This document shows, piece by piece, positions 50,692-62,560 of a stretch of DNA of 64,000 bases. The stretch comes from Cenococcum geophilum (Eukaryota). The position numbers were made by a program, and so were the translations under genes. The stretch is taken from NCBI GenBank assembly GCA_050273025.1, contig CP158635.1, forward strand, positions 11,532,001 to 11,596,000, written 5' to 3'. Position 1 is the first letter of the stretch. The number at the start of each line of letters is the position of its first letter. The notes beneath the pieces are model-generated. The model ran no database searches. It was not told the DNA's origin and was given only the letters and a program-made list of their open reading frames with translations.

Positions 50692-53600
50692 TTAGAAGAT
50701 CATTGACCGAACTTGATCCCTCCTCGCAGTTCTCCTAGGACTCGCATGCCGCGGACTCTTCTCTATGGGTGGTGGCGGCTGCTGTGTCTCCCGTTGATTC
50801 CATTTTTGCGGACTTGACGGCGCACTCTTGCTGCTCGCTCGCTCGTTCGGCTGAGGTTGAGATCGTGGACGATGCTGTCCGGCGTTCGCATTCGCGTGTT
50901 CTCTGAGTGCCTTTGCCTTTGCTTGTGCTAATTGCGGTGCCTGGTTCTTCTCTTTTCGTTCCTTCTCAAGAACCATCTCGGTCCAAGCCTTACTACCGCT
51001 AGCATCCTTACCCACTGTTTCAGAGAGCACCTTCATCCAACCCTCTTTTTGTTCTGCGTTATCAGCGTAGAAGTCGATGACCTCGCCATTGGCAAAGCGG
51101 ATCCTGAAGCCTTCCTCAACGAACATGTAGCCCTCCTCTTCCTCAGCAAATGCTGATTTTCGACGGCCACCATTCTTGGAGGATGAAGGTTGTGTAAGCG
51201 CACTTCGATCATCAATGAGTTTACTAGCTTTGGCGAGATTAATCGTTGCGCGTGGCTGATGCGTGGCCTCGTGGTAGGCGGTGAGCTTTGTGCCGTTGAG
51301 ACGGAAGAAACGGCGACGCCAATACTGCGCGAACGTCAGTATTATTCCGCATGAAGCGTCTTACTCATCTATGCAAAGTTACGCAGGACGCATAATCAGG
51401 TACTTACCGGACAATCGCCACCCTGCTGACTTAGGTGTCCCTCCCATGACCTCTCCTTGACCTCCTCTGCTTCTTTTAGCTGGCGTATGCAAGCATTCAT
51501 GCTCTTAGGCATAGCCTCGTCCTTAGCACCCTTAGGCTTGGGAATATAAAGTAGCTGCAGTCTTAGTTTGGCAACACGGTACGGTGGTCGCCGCACAACG
51601 CCGCCGCGCTTACTCTTGACGCTACTGACGCCAGAATCATCCACAGCCCATTCGTTGAAACAGGGCACATCAACCTCAAAAGGACGGCCATATGCTTGAT
51701 TTTCGTGGGTCTTGAGACAGACATAGGCACGAGCGAAAGAGCCATCTGGACCCACGAGATCGTGCAATAGGTCCCAAGCTGTCGGCTGCTGACTTGCACG
51801 TTTGGCCTGGAGCTCTTGTTGATGTCTCTGAGCGGCGCGTTCATTCTCTTCTTGCTGCTTACGTTCCTGCTCCTTACGCTTCCTAGGTGATGCAAGAAGG
51901 CGACTGAATGCGGAAGCCGATTTCTTGTGGTTGACAATCCTGGCCGGGGAAGTATGGACAAGCTGCGGTTGTGGGGGAGCCTCGAGTTTTGTTTGTAGAG
52001 TAAGTTGAAATTCGAGGTCGTTGAGAACGACCAGTTCGAATTCTTGACCGATAGGAGCGTTGCGGCCTAACTCAAGCCAGGATGTCGTTACGCAGTGCAA
52101 GCCGTTGTCGAGGGTAAGTTGAAACCATGTTTGCTCGGCTGTATTTTTGTTAGCAACCATGTTTCCACAAGTGCGGTAAAGATACTTACTTCTAGGCAAA
52201 GGCATTTCAAGATCCTTGACTCCAACAACTTTGACAAAAAGCCTACCTCGCTCTGTGCCTTCATCTGCGTCTTCCCCAACCATCTGCTGGCCTTCAACGA
52301 GCGTGCTTAGGCCAGCCTGAACATTGCTTTCTTGGCCGGGTAAAGGAGGGGCTGGACCGTTTGCTGCCCTTCTTGGGCCATTAGAGGCCTGACGGACGCT
52401 CTTTCGTCTGACCTTACTATTCCAAGGCTCGGTGGTCCAAGCAGGCTTGCGCTCAGCACTACCCTTCCGCGGGCTACTACCCGCAGATCTGGTACCTCTC
52501 GCAGCGGGGGTTGGGCCTTCACTCGTTGGCGACATAGGCGGCTGCTCATCGCTGAACTGCCGACTACTTGCAACAACAACCTTTGTGTTTTGCCTCATTA
52601 GATATCCTTTCTGCGTGCGTGTGTACTCGTTAGTGGAACTGTTCTGATAAGAGAAACCTTGTCCACAGATATATTCTGCTCCTGAATGACTCGAAGAAGC
52701 CGCTGCGGATGAAGTAGGGAATTGGCAATAAGAGGGAATTGGAAAGAGGTCTACCTTCTGGGCCTCAATGACACGATCAAACTCCTTGTCCAAACCGAAG
52801 CTCAGGTCATCAGATATCCCGCTGACTGAAATATCGAGCTTCATTCTATTACTCTCTCGACGCTTGAGGTTTTCCTTATTTGAGCCATCATTGTTCTCCT
52901 CGCCGGACTCGATTTCTGATCCATTAGAAATCTCCAGACTCATCGAAAGGCGGTTTGGGCTTCGCTCTGGAATAGGTGGTGGATGCTCGCCGCTGACTTG
53001 ACGTCTCGCGGCTGCCATGCTAGCTGTGTCAGAGGGAGCCAGAGATGCACGAGTCTTCAATCCTGCACCAGGGGCTTTGATAGTTGCGATTGGCTCTGGA
53101 ACAGACGGAGAATCTCGCTCTGGGGGCTCAATAACTGGATGGCAGATTACTGAATCAGGAGTCCCTGACTCTTCTTCTTCATCCGACCCTTGACCAGGGA
53201 ACTTTGGAAGACGAAGCTGCTCCTTGGGAGTACTTGGTCGCTGAAGAAACTCTCGCATAGCTCCAATATGCTGCTCTGACTCGTTGGACGTAAGCTTTGG
53301 TACACTTGTAGTAGATGGGGTCATGTATGACTCAAGCTTGAGGTTGAAGTCGTCGTCTCCAAGGAATGACCCGAAATCGGGCAAGGTGTTGTGCTTCTGC
53401 TCGATCTCTTCTTTGATATCAGATTTGGGAGTTAGATAAATCTCAGGCTTGGGCGTTGGAGGACCATCGGATTCTGTGGTGCTATTGGATTTATGTTGAT
53501 CTTCTTCCTCTTCGACTTGCTGTGCTGAGTATTGACTGGCACCATCGTCTTCCTGTTCGGACTCCTCATCTAGCTTATGGTGAATAACTGATGTTTCCCG

Positions 53601-55569
53601 ATCATAGTCATCCATCCGAGAAAGAGACCTTTCTGGGCTATATATTTCTGTCATCGAATAAGCATCCAAAACGCTGTCAGCGTCGCTATCAGCCTTTGTT
53701 GGGGCATCTGGAACCTCAGTGTCAAAGTTTGAAGACGCCTCTCTAGAGGGAATTGGAACATCAGGATCAAGATCTGCAAGGTCTCCATAGCTACGTTCAG
53801 GGCTTGAAGCATGAGAAGAGTAATCGTAATCATATTCGTCAAAGTTGCGGCTCTTCACCCTCCGCAAGATGGACTCGCGTGAAATCCGTGGCGCTTTATA
53901 GTCTTCAAGCTCAGACGTATCAACATCATCCGCAGGATCTTCATGCACTTGAATGCCAAGACCAAGCTCCTTCTTTGGAGACTTCGAAGCAGCGTACGAT
54001 TCGTTGTGGCTTTCCTGAGTTGGGGTGTCGGTGTTACGGTCTTCTAGCCCCATGAGACGAAGCCGGTCCTCAAGCGACATCGATGTATCTCGCATGTTCA
54101 GAATGCCTGATTTAGAAACTCCGGCAGCACGCGGGAGCAGCGGAAGCGACCGCTGAGCAGCACTGAAGTGTTCGGCAGTATCAGAGAGACCGACGCTCGA
54201 GCCGCGCTTACTGCTACTGCTTGATGACAGCATGCCAGGCAGTGGTGGTAGCGGCCGAGATTCACCCTCTGAATTGGCTGAACCGTGTCGTGCGTCTGTC
54301 TTCGCAGCCCCATTAGGTCTGGCATTTGGCATAGGACTGCTCTCCTTTCCGTCGAATGGATCTTCGAAAGTGTTCGCCAAGGAAGTATTGGCCACTTCAG
54401 GGCTCATATGCCGCCAATCTTCAGGAAGAACAACCGGTGTCTTGTCTGTGTCCTCCAAGGAGGCATCGAAGCTATCATCCCGATCCATTGAGGATCCGCG
54501 ATCAAAGCTCTCATCGAACTCGTCGCCCGAGTCATAGCTGCCCTCTCGGGAACCGGAGGCCACCGATGACGGGTCTGGTGTTACCATCTCATATTCGTTG
54601 ATTGTCGGCGGGGCAGCATCAAAGGTAACGCTCTTCGCATGACGGCGTAATGGGCGAGGTGTCTGGTGCTTGAACTGCTCTTCATCCTCTGACCAGACAC
54701 TGGACTCGGGGTCATAAGCCTGTCCAATGGAACTGAAGCGTCCATTACTCGAGAGGGATGATTTCGTAGGTGATGGTTGCTCTCTACTAGGAGATGCCTG
54801 TTCTTTCGTGGGTGAGGCTGATGCTTGTTCTCGGGTAGGTGAGGAAGATAGAGATGGGGCAACAGGCGTTTTTGCGGGGGACTTGCTTGGACTGAGAAGA
54901 GGTATCTTGCTCAAACTCTCACCCCGCCGGTGTCCCTTGAAGTCTTCGTTATGTTTTCGAAGGCCATCCAATCCACGTCCACTGAAAGCGTTACCTTGAA
55001 CTTGGACATTGAGAGGTCGGCCTGCAGCAAGCGGACGCTCGACAACTGGTACTGAAGTAGGATCATATTCATTCTTCTGTTCGCGTGCGAACATGCTGCT
55101 ATTCTTAACACGCGACGCTTTCTTCAGATTCTCGATTGATGAGCGCTTAGGCGAAAGGGTATGATCCCGATCAAAGTCGTTCTCTGAACCAAAGCGACTT
55201 GGAGAAGTAGGGTCTCGCTCTTTCCAAAACAGGCGCGGGGAGTTGTTGAATACCGGAGAATCAAATGGGGATGAGTCACGAGTGAGCATCATTTTCTGGT
55301 GCTACGTTAGTCGGACAGCCCAAGGCTAAGGGATGCGGACCGGCAATACCTTCGTTGTTTGGTTGAAGCTGGGGGAGTTCCTTCTGCGCTCTGTGGAGCC
55401 AATCTCTGAAAGTGGACGCTGGAAGGCGCTTCCAGACATTTTGGATGGCGACACTGATGGCGTTGTTTTGTTTATGCGAAGAGGGAGTACCTTTGCAACA
55501 ACACATATACATTAATCTTCAATGAAAACACATTAATTTTCATGAAGGACTTACTCCTTCAGAAGGCAT
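50692..55569 (-). CDS. BUD4: Bud4/anillin-like septation and bud-site protein (anillin-homology + PH domains)
   Basis: KSVTFDAAPP, KGYLMRQNTKVVVAS, GRLFVKVVGVKDL, LTLDNGLHCVTT, GHLSQQGGDCP|YWRRRFFRL, FRIRFANGEVIDFYAD. About five introns. Probable start MPSEG|VLPLRINK at 55569. Confidence 0.92.
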
Positions 55570-56086
55570 ATCCTTCGCTCAACAGGCCCGGTAAGGGTTG
55601 GCCACGTAAATCCAATCTCAATGCAACGACTGGAATGTGAGTGAAGAATGCGCGCGATCTTCTTCGAGGAGGTTTGGCGAAAGAGTGGTTGCTCGATAGA
55701 TGCGCGCAATAAATGATGAGTAGTAAAGTGAGGGTAAATGAAGCCTGAAGGCAAGCCTACGGCGTAGTTGGAGGTTGAAAGAGATAGAGGTTGAGAATGT
55801 GTAGGTGTGAGTGGTGGGAGAGGACTTAACTGGCTTGATCCGCGCGCGGCCACCAAAACAACTTCGATTGCGGGTGTTGCTTGAGCAACGAGCCACTTTT
55901 TCTTCAGCCACAGTTTTAGCCCCATCTTGGCACATCGTCTCGGATTTTCTCCTGCCGTGTTCGCAAACTTCTTGACATCATCCATCTTATATAATATCTC
56001 TTGTTACGATTCCCCCGTTTTTGTACACTCGTTATAGGTGTCTAATTGCTTCTGTCCCTTCATTGTACAAAAGCATATAGACAAAC

Positions 56087-57988
56087 ATGCTCCGCCCATC
56101 CACCCGAATCTGTCCCTTCTGCGAAGTACGATCACTCTTTCATACCAGGCAATCAAGTATAATTCCAGCATCATGGCAACAATCGCGATCTTACGCTCAA
56201 CTTGAGAGGCGAAGGCCATCCAGGATGGTCCTCTCCTCTAACGTTGCTCGTTCTTCGCCCAGGACCGCCCCGGATGGTAAACCGCCGAGAAGGAAATCCA
56301 GGGACCCATTCGCGGGTCTAAACCAGACTGAAGCGCGTATACCATTCCTCACAGAGAGGATATCACGGGGTGAACACCAGCGCCCGTCAGGAGGAAGGGA
56401 GCAGCGACCAGCAAGGAAGCGATCGACAGAACCTTTCAAGGCTTTGAAGATGCAGCGCTCATTGGCTGCAGTCCCTTACGGAACGCGATCTTCAATCAAG
56501 AGCAAGATCAGCGAGATTGATTCATTTGAGCAGTTCCCGCTTCTTCCGACCATCAAACAAGCAATTGAGGATGTTCTGCCAGGTCTGGGAGACGTCACGC
56601 CCACCCCAGCGCAACGGGTTGCGATACCAACTTTGCTAGGAGTAGAGAGTGAACGAATGCGTCGAAGAAATCCAGTGGAAAACAGCGGGATGGAACAATT
56701 CTTATTAGCAGCTGAGACCGGTTCGGGCAAAACGCTGGCGTACATGCTTCCCATCTTGGACGCTATCAAGCGAGCTGAGACGGCCGAAGCCGAGGAAGAG
56801 GTGCGAGAGAAGGCAGCAAAGGAGGCGGCTGGTGCGGAGAAGAAGAAGGATAGTATGTTTGAATTGGAGCCTCCTCCGCTATCAAATGAACCCCACCCCA
56901 CCAGTGCACGACCGCGTGCCATCATACTAGTCCCCACTGCAGAACTAGTCGCACAAGTGGGCACAATCGCAAAATCTCTGTCTCACATTGTCAAGTTCAA
57001 GACCGCTCCTATATCCGCGGCCAAAACCGCAACAGTTATTCGGAACCTTCTTTTTTCCCCGAGGGGTGTGGATTTGGTGGTCAGTACTCCACACTTGCTA
57101 GCGAGCATTGCGGAGAGCAATCCGAACATTCTCAGCAGAGTGACCCACCTAGTTATCGACGAAGCTGATTCCCTCCTGGATCGATCCTTCTCTCCATTAA
57201 CCTCCGAAATCATCGATAAATCTACCCCATCCCTCCGCCAACTAATTCTCTGCTCGGCCACCATTCCTCGTGGCCTAGACTCCTTTCTCCAAAAGCGCTT
57301 CCCTGACATCAAGCGGCTAGTAACACCAAATCTTCACGCTATTCCCCGCCGTGTCCAACTCGGTGTTGTTGACGTGAACAAAGAACCCTATCGCGGTAAT
57401 AAAGATCTTGCCTGCGCAGACACCATCTGGGCCATTGGACGTGCGGCAGCCGAGTATGTTTCCGAAGGGAAGGAACGAATTGATATAAAGCGCATCATTG
57501 TCTTCGTCAATGAGCGTGAGAAAGCTCCCGAGGTAGCTGAATATCTAGTAACGAAAGGCATTGATGCCGTCGCCCTAAATCGCGACACATCAAGCGAGCG
57601 CCAATCGCGCATCTTAGCTTCATTCAAGGGCCTTGCAAAGGATGAAGAGATGCCAACTCTCGATCCTGCACAGACCGTACAGCCAAACTATATCCCTGCA
57701 AGCAAAACTGCTTCCAATTCCTCTGCCTCACCACGCCGCCGCCAACTGCTGAACACGAAAGTCATCGTGACAACAGACCTTGGCTCTCGCGGTATTGACA
57801 CTCTTGCCGTACGCCATGTGATTCTCTATGACGTACCGCATACGACCATTGACTTTATTCACCGCCTCGGCCGCACAGGTCGCATGGGAAGACGAGGCAG
57901 GGGGATCGTGTTAGTCGGGCGAGGCGACCGGACGGACGTCGTGAAGGAGGTTCGGGAGGGGATGTTCAAGGGACAAGCACTAATCTAA
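56087..57988 (+). CDS. MRH4: Mitochondrial DEAD-box RNA helicase Mrh4
   Basis: AAETGSGKTLAY, PTAEL, DEAD, SAT, SRGIDT, HRLGRTGRMG motifs; Arg/Ser-rich presequence-like N-terminus; C-terminal VREGMFKGQALI. Confidence 0.92.
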   Translation: MLRPSTRICPFCEVRSLFHTRQSSIIPASWQQSRSYAQLERRRPSRMVLSSNVARSSPRTAPDGKPPRRKSRDPFAGLNQTEARIPFLTERISRGEHQRPSGGREQRPARKRSTEPFKALKMQRSLAAVPYGTRSSIKSKISEIDSFEQFPLLPTIKQAIEDVLPGLGDVTPTPAQRVAIPTLLGVESERMRRRNPVENSGMEQFLLAAETGSGKTLAYMLPILDAIKRAETAEAEEEVREKAAKEAAGAEKKKDSMFELEPPPLSNEPHPTSARPRAIILVPTAELVAQVGTIAKSLSHIVKFKTAPISAAKTATVIRNLLFSPRGVDLVVSTPHLLASIAESNPNILSRVTHLVIDEADSLLDRSFSPLTSEIIDKSTPSLRQLILCSATIPRGLDSFLQKRFPDIKRLVTPNLHAIPRRVQLGVVDVNKEPYRGNKDLACADTIWAIGRAAAEYVSEGKERIDIKRIIVFVNEREKAPEVAEYLVTKGIDAVALNRDTSSERQSRILASFKGLAKDEEMPTLDPAQTVQPNYIPASKTASNSSASPRRRQLLNTKVIVTTDLGSRGIDTLAVRHVILYDVPHTTIDFIHRLGRTGRMGRRGRGIVLVGRGDRTDVVKEVREGMFKGQALI

Positions 57989-58727
57989 CCAAGGATTAAC
58001 CAATGTAAAAGTATGTAGGATAGATGTGCAAATGTACATGATACAGAGCAACAGTACGATACCAGCGTCTTTATTATTCAAAAATAAATAAGCCCTTCTC
58101 TATCATCTTGTCGTAACCTACTCGGAGTTCTGTGTCTGGGTTCGTTGATTCAAACCCGCAGCTCCCCGCAACAAAGACATTGAGATATTTGCCTTCAGGT
58201 CAGAGGGCCTCATGGCTCAGATTTTTGTCTTCAGTGGCTCCGGCAAAAATTGCATGGCGGTACTTAACTTAGAAGAGCAATATACGTGGGGTTTTAGTGG
58301 GGTTTCAGAGGCCTACACAGCTTTCAGAATGATGACAGGCGTTGAGACTGTCAACGGTGAAACTGTTTTTGTCACTCTTTCTTTGTGCTACAGTGATCCT
58401 TATCTAAGTCAAGACTAGCTCTCGCCTCATGTTTCTATGTCAATTATTCCTCACCTTTGTATTCTTGCGACTTGATTCCAGCCAGTCCAGCCTCAGGTTT
58501 TTCTTTCCTATCTTCAGATGCGAGGTTTTTTAGTTTTGCGGATGACCCTAATGTCACCAGAAGGTTCGCTCAAAATTAGGACTAGACAAGCAGGACGGGA
58601 ATTCGCGAGGCGGCGTGCAACGCTTCTAACGCTCTCTTTCCAAAACCAACTCAATAAATATTGGACAGCGGTAGAGGGACACCTCCCACTGATTGAGTTT
58701 AGTTCCTTCCTGATTAAGAGCCTTTTA

Positions 58728-58960
58728 TATCCCTTGACCCGTCAATTCGCGTCCAACGGTTATCAATAAGAACTAGCCAATCAATCGAGCTGAATTTAAC
58801 ACCCGTACTGAGGAATATAAAGCTTTTGATTATATAGTAATTTGATATACACGCCTAATTTTGGGAGTTAAGTCGCTCGATATGAGGTTTCTAGCACCTA
58901 TCTTTCCTGTAGAACCGTATTTTGCATTGTAGTAGGTAATTAATTGATGGAATCTATATA
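58728..58960 (+). repeat. Diverged DNA-transposon-end fragment, direct repeat of 61454-61706
   Basis: Both start TATCCCTT..CGTCAATTCG.GTCCAAC.GTTATC.ATAAG..AGCCAATCAAT and stay colinear to AATCTATATA. Confidence 0.8.
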
Positions 58961-59209
58961 GATACACGCGTTGTTTAAAACTGGTATTTGCGCACGGACC
59001 ACCTACTCATTGGACGCTGACGGGTCGAGGGATAGGAGTTAGTTGCTGCAAGTATTAGTGTATAATATATTGTAGCTTTTTGCCATTCAATTAATCGCTA
59101 AAAGTTAATGGAGGGACGCCGTACGCGCGCGCGGCTTCTGAACCAAATTAGCAGGAGCATTTTGTAAATTCTGCTCCTTTTGATCCATATTGAACGGGTG
59201 GTTGTGTAT

Positions 59210-59329
59210 CCCGTCAGGGTACTACGTTATCGATAAAATTTTGGCCAATCAGAAAGCATAGATGAGTACGGTTCCTTGGTGTTATACGCACGGGCCATAC
59301 TCTTATCGATAACATAGTGCCCTGATGGG
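59210..59329. mobile_element. MITE related to 46499-46628
   Basis: CCCGTCAGGGTACTACGTTATCGATAA ... TTATCGATAACATAGTGCCCTGATGGG; shares internal TTGGCCAATCAG..GCATAGAT..GCACGGGC. Confidence 0.75.
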
Positions 59330-59333
59330 TGAT

Positions 59334-59574
59334 GGGTATCTGACTTTCGGTGTTCCCCCTGTGCGCGCAACACACAGCATTTTCGCTACGCACTAGAGAA
59401 TTTCAAGCTTAACTCTTGTAATTAAGCTTAAAAAATTAAAGGCTTTGCCTTCCTTGCGGGTGCTCAGCTCTTTTGGCAAGCGCACAGTATCTACGCTGAA
59501 TGGTTGTGTGACTAGCGATCACCGAAATTGCCGTGTGTGTTGCGCGCGCAAACAGGGGGGAAGGTCGGATACCC
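59334..59574. mobile_element. Second MITE-like foldback abutting the first
   Basis: GGGTATCTGACTT/AGGTCGGATACCC, TTCCCCCTGT/ACAGGGGGGAA and GCGCGCAACACAC/GTGTGTTGCGCGC inverted pairs. Confidence 0.65.
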
Positions 59575-59979
59575 TATAGAAAATGTGGAGGCAAATTGGT
59601 GGCCGGGTTCAGGGGGTAGGTAACGTGGCGACAGCGCCCCTGCAGCCCTGGACGCGCAGGTACGAGCGCAGTCCGTCCATTAAAGTGCCACCCTCCATCT
59701 AAAACACCGCGTCCAAAACCTTATTCCTCAGACAGTTGCTCGGGAATCGGATGTCCCTCCCCGCAAACGCCATTTTCCAAACCATCAGCTGTCACTATAA
59801 TGGACCAGGGGACCGCTCAGCCGGCTGCTCTCCAGATAATTGAGGGCAGCAGCTCCTCTTCTTCACATCTGCTGTAACTCGAGCTATCTTCAACCGTACG
59901 AGCGGGTTTGACGGGCCCCTTATCTCCATTCACGCCCACGCCCTTTGGGACTCTCTTCAATGGCTTATGACACGAAAGC

Positions 59980-61106
59980 ATGACGTCGTCAACAAAGGTG
60001 TCACCCTACGCTCGCGAACTTGCCATTACTCTTGCCGGCACAACTGCCGTCCTGCTTCCTCTATGCCTCGTAATGCTCTGCGCCCGGATATCCGTAAGGT
60101 ATAAACAAGCAAACTTCGGATGGGGGGATGGATTTGTTATCGCTGGCTTCGTAAGGCGCTCCTAGTGAGGCGGTTGGGGAAGGCCAGGGACAACGTTTCG
60201 CTGACATGTATATGTATTTTGTAGACGCTTACAATCGTCGTCTGCATCTTACAGTTCAACCAGTACGCGTACTGCTTTAACAACGGCTTCACCCAGCCAG
60301 CAACGCTGTCACGCAGCGCGAAGGTATCCTTAGCTGGCGTCCTAGTCTGGGCTAGCGCCATGTTCTGCATCAAGACGAGCGTCGTGCTTTTACTCCTACG
60401 CTTTCAGCAGGCCTGTTGTTGGAGGGCTGTCCTCTGGGCAGTGGTCGCGTTGCAGGCGGCCACCGCGACTAGTAGCATCTTTTTCAGCTTAGTGCGGTGT
60501 CGGCCGCTGCAGGCGTTGTGGAAGCCGAATATTCCTGGCGCCAAGTGCGTACCGTTCAGTACAGTTTTGATTTTTACGAGTGTTAATGGGAGCGTCAACA
60601 TCTTAGTTGACTTGACGCTGTCCTTGGCTCCACTATCCTTCATCGCTAAGCTTCAGAGGCCAGTTCCGGAGAAGGTCTTGCTGGCCGTCCTAATGGGGAT
60701 GGGGCTGCTCGCCTCGGCTGCGTCAATACAAAAGACGATGCTGATAAAGGACTTAGCCAGCTCAAAAGATATTCTTACGCTGTCCCTTTTGCTTACCATC
60801 TACGGTAACGTCGAGCTTTTCGTCGGTACAATGGCCGCCTGCCTGCCCTACACGAAGCCAGCTGTCCAGCGGGTGCTGACCCGCGTCGGGGTTAACTTTT
60901 CCGTCCAGAACTCCTTCAGGCTTACACGGTGCATGCCGGGAACAGGCCCGAGATCAGACGGCAACCGCGGGCACGCGTCCGCGCCGTCCAGCCACCAGAC
61001 CATCCTGGCTCAGAGCGAGGCTGGTGTTAGCGTTGGAAAGTCTCTGAGCGACACCGAGCCTGGCAGTTCGGGAGAATCTGCACGTACCATGCACGTCACC
61101 ATATAG
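59980..61106 (+). CDS. PTH11-like integral membrane protein (fungal rhodopsin-like domain, no CFEM)
   Basis: Exons 59980-60150 and 60225-61106. Motifs CARISVR..FGWGDGFV, KTSVVLLLLR, CRPLQALW..AKC, NILVDLTLSLAP, VELFVGTMAACLP; multiple hydrophobic segments. Confidence 0.88.
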
Positions 61107-61453
61107 TGAGAGCGTCTAGCGTTGGGCAGGGAATCTAGTCCTTTCCTGGCTCTCGGTCATTTTCTTTCGGCCATTCAGCGGCCAGATTTGTACAGCTGCT
61201 CATGATGCTAAAGGTCCTTCAGGCTAAATCACTGTAAATAGCGGGTAGCGCACTCCTTTTCCATTTTCCTTTTCTTAAACTTTTGGTGGGAGCCAAGATA
61301 GTACTCTTTAATAAAGCGAATAAGAATACCGCAAAACGTAAGGAGTTGTGTCGACCCATAGATCTTTAGAAGTCGCATCACTGATGTTTGAGGCTCTAAC
61401 TAATTAACCAAATACGTCTTAAATCAGACGATGCTGACGACGACTTCTTGATG

Positions 61454-61706
61454 TATCCCTTAGCACGTCAATTCGGGTCCAACTGTTATCGATAAGATCC
61501 AGCCAATCAATTGAACTGCATTGAACGCCCGTACTCAGGAATACGAAGCCCTTGATAGAGGCCAAACCCCATAGTATTTAATATATAAGCTTATTCCTTG
61601 AAGTTGAGTCGCTCAATGTGAGGTTACTAGCACTTATCCTTTCTGCAGAAATTCTAGCACGATTAGAAGGCATTGCGGTAGGTATTTGATTGCTGAAATC
61701 TATATA
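61454..61706 (+). repeat. Diverged DNA-transposon-end fragment, direct repeat of 58728-58960
   Basis: Colinear with 58728-58960, with small indels. Confidence 0.8.
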
Positions 61707-62560
61707 CAGCGTCTCTTCAATTCCGGTGGTTAGCGCTTACTATTAAGCCACCAACTAACCCGAATTCAGTGATTCCGTCTTGGCAGCTGAATATCAAAAA
61801 GAGACTGCCGAACAACCTCACCTGATAGTCAATTTAAAGCTTTTCGACGCCTTTGCCAGCCGCATCGTGATTAGGTGTATTGGTGAACTCCACGCGGTAA
61901 GGAACCTGACTTAGGAAGTCTCTACTAATTAACAATACGTCTTCTAGTTTCCTACCCCTCTTCTAAGCCACCGACGCGTTATTTGTGATAATTCTTAACT
62001 TCCTTAAGCCTCTATTACGACCTTCCTTAAGCCTCTATTACGACCTTTATCTTATTCTTCTATTCTAGCATCCGGATAACCTTTTTGGTAGTAATAAAGT
62101 TTAAAAATGGCTTGCTTTTGTCCCGGGTGACTTATAGAAGTTAGAAATAGGCCCTTAGATGTGTTGATTACGCTGTTAAAACGGATATTAATGGCGGTAG
62201 TTATAGGTGAGGTTTCTGAGTTTGGATGAATATTAGGTCTTAGCGCGATTATAAGGGACTTTAGATGGCTTTGCAGATTTAAGTATAAAGACGTTTATCT
62301 GCGCCTATTGTAAGTTAATACCATCTATAGCACTTTTTATACTAAATTTGTATATTCCTATAATAAGTTCTAACTAAAATCTTTCAGATTCTATTCTTAA
62401 AGGTATCCACTATGCCATTTCCTGGGTATGATCCTTCCCGTACGGAAGGAACTCTAGAACCTACTTTACCTGATCCTTTTAGAGCTCTACTACGCCTTCC
62501 TAGCTTCTTTAGCTTCTTTAACTTCTTTAGTAATATAACTGTGCCAAATACTCCCTTTGC

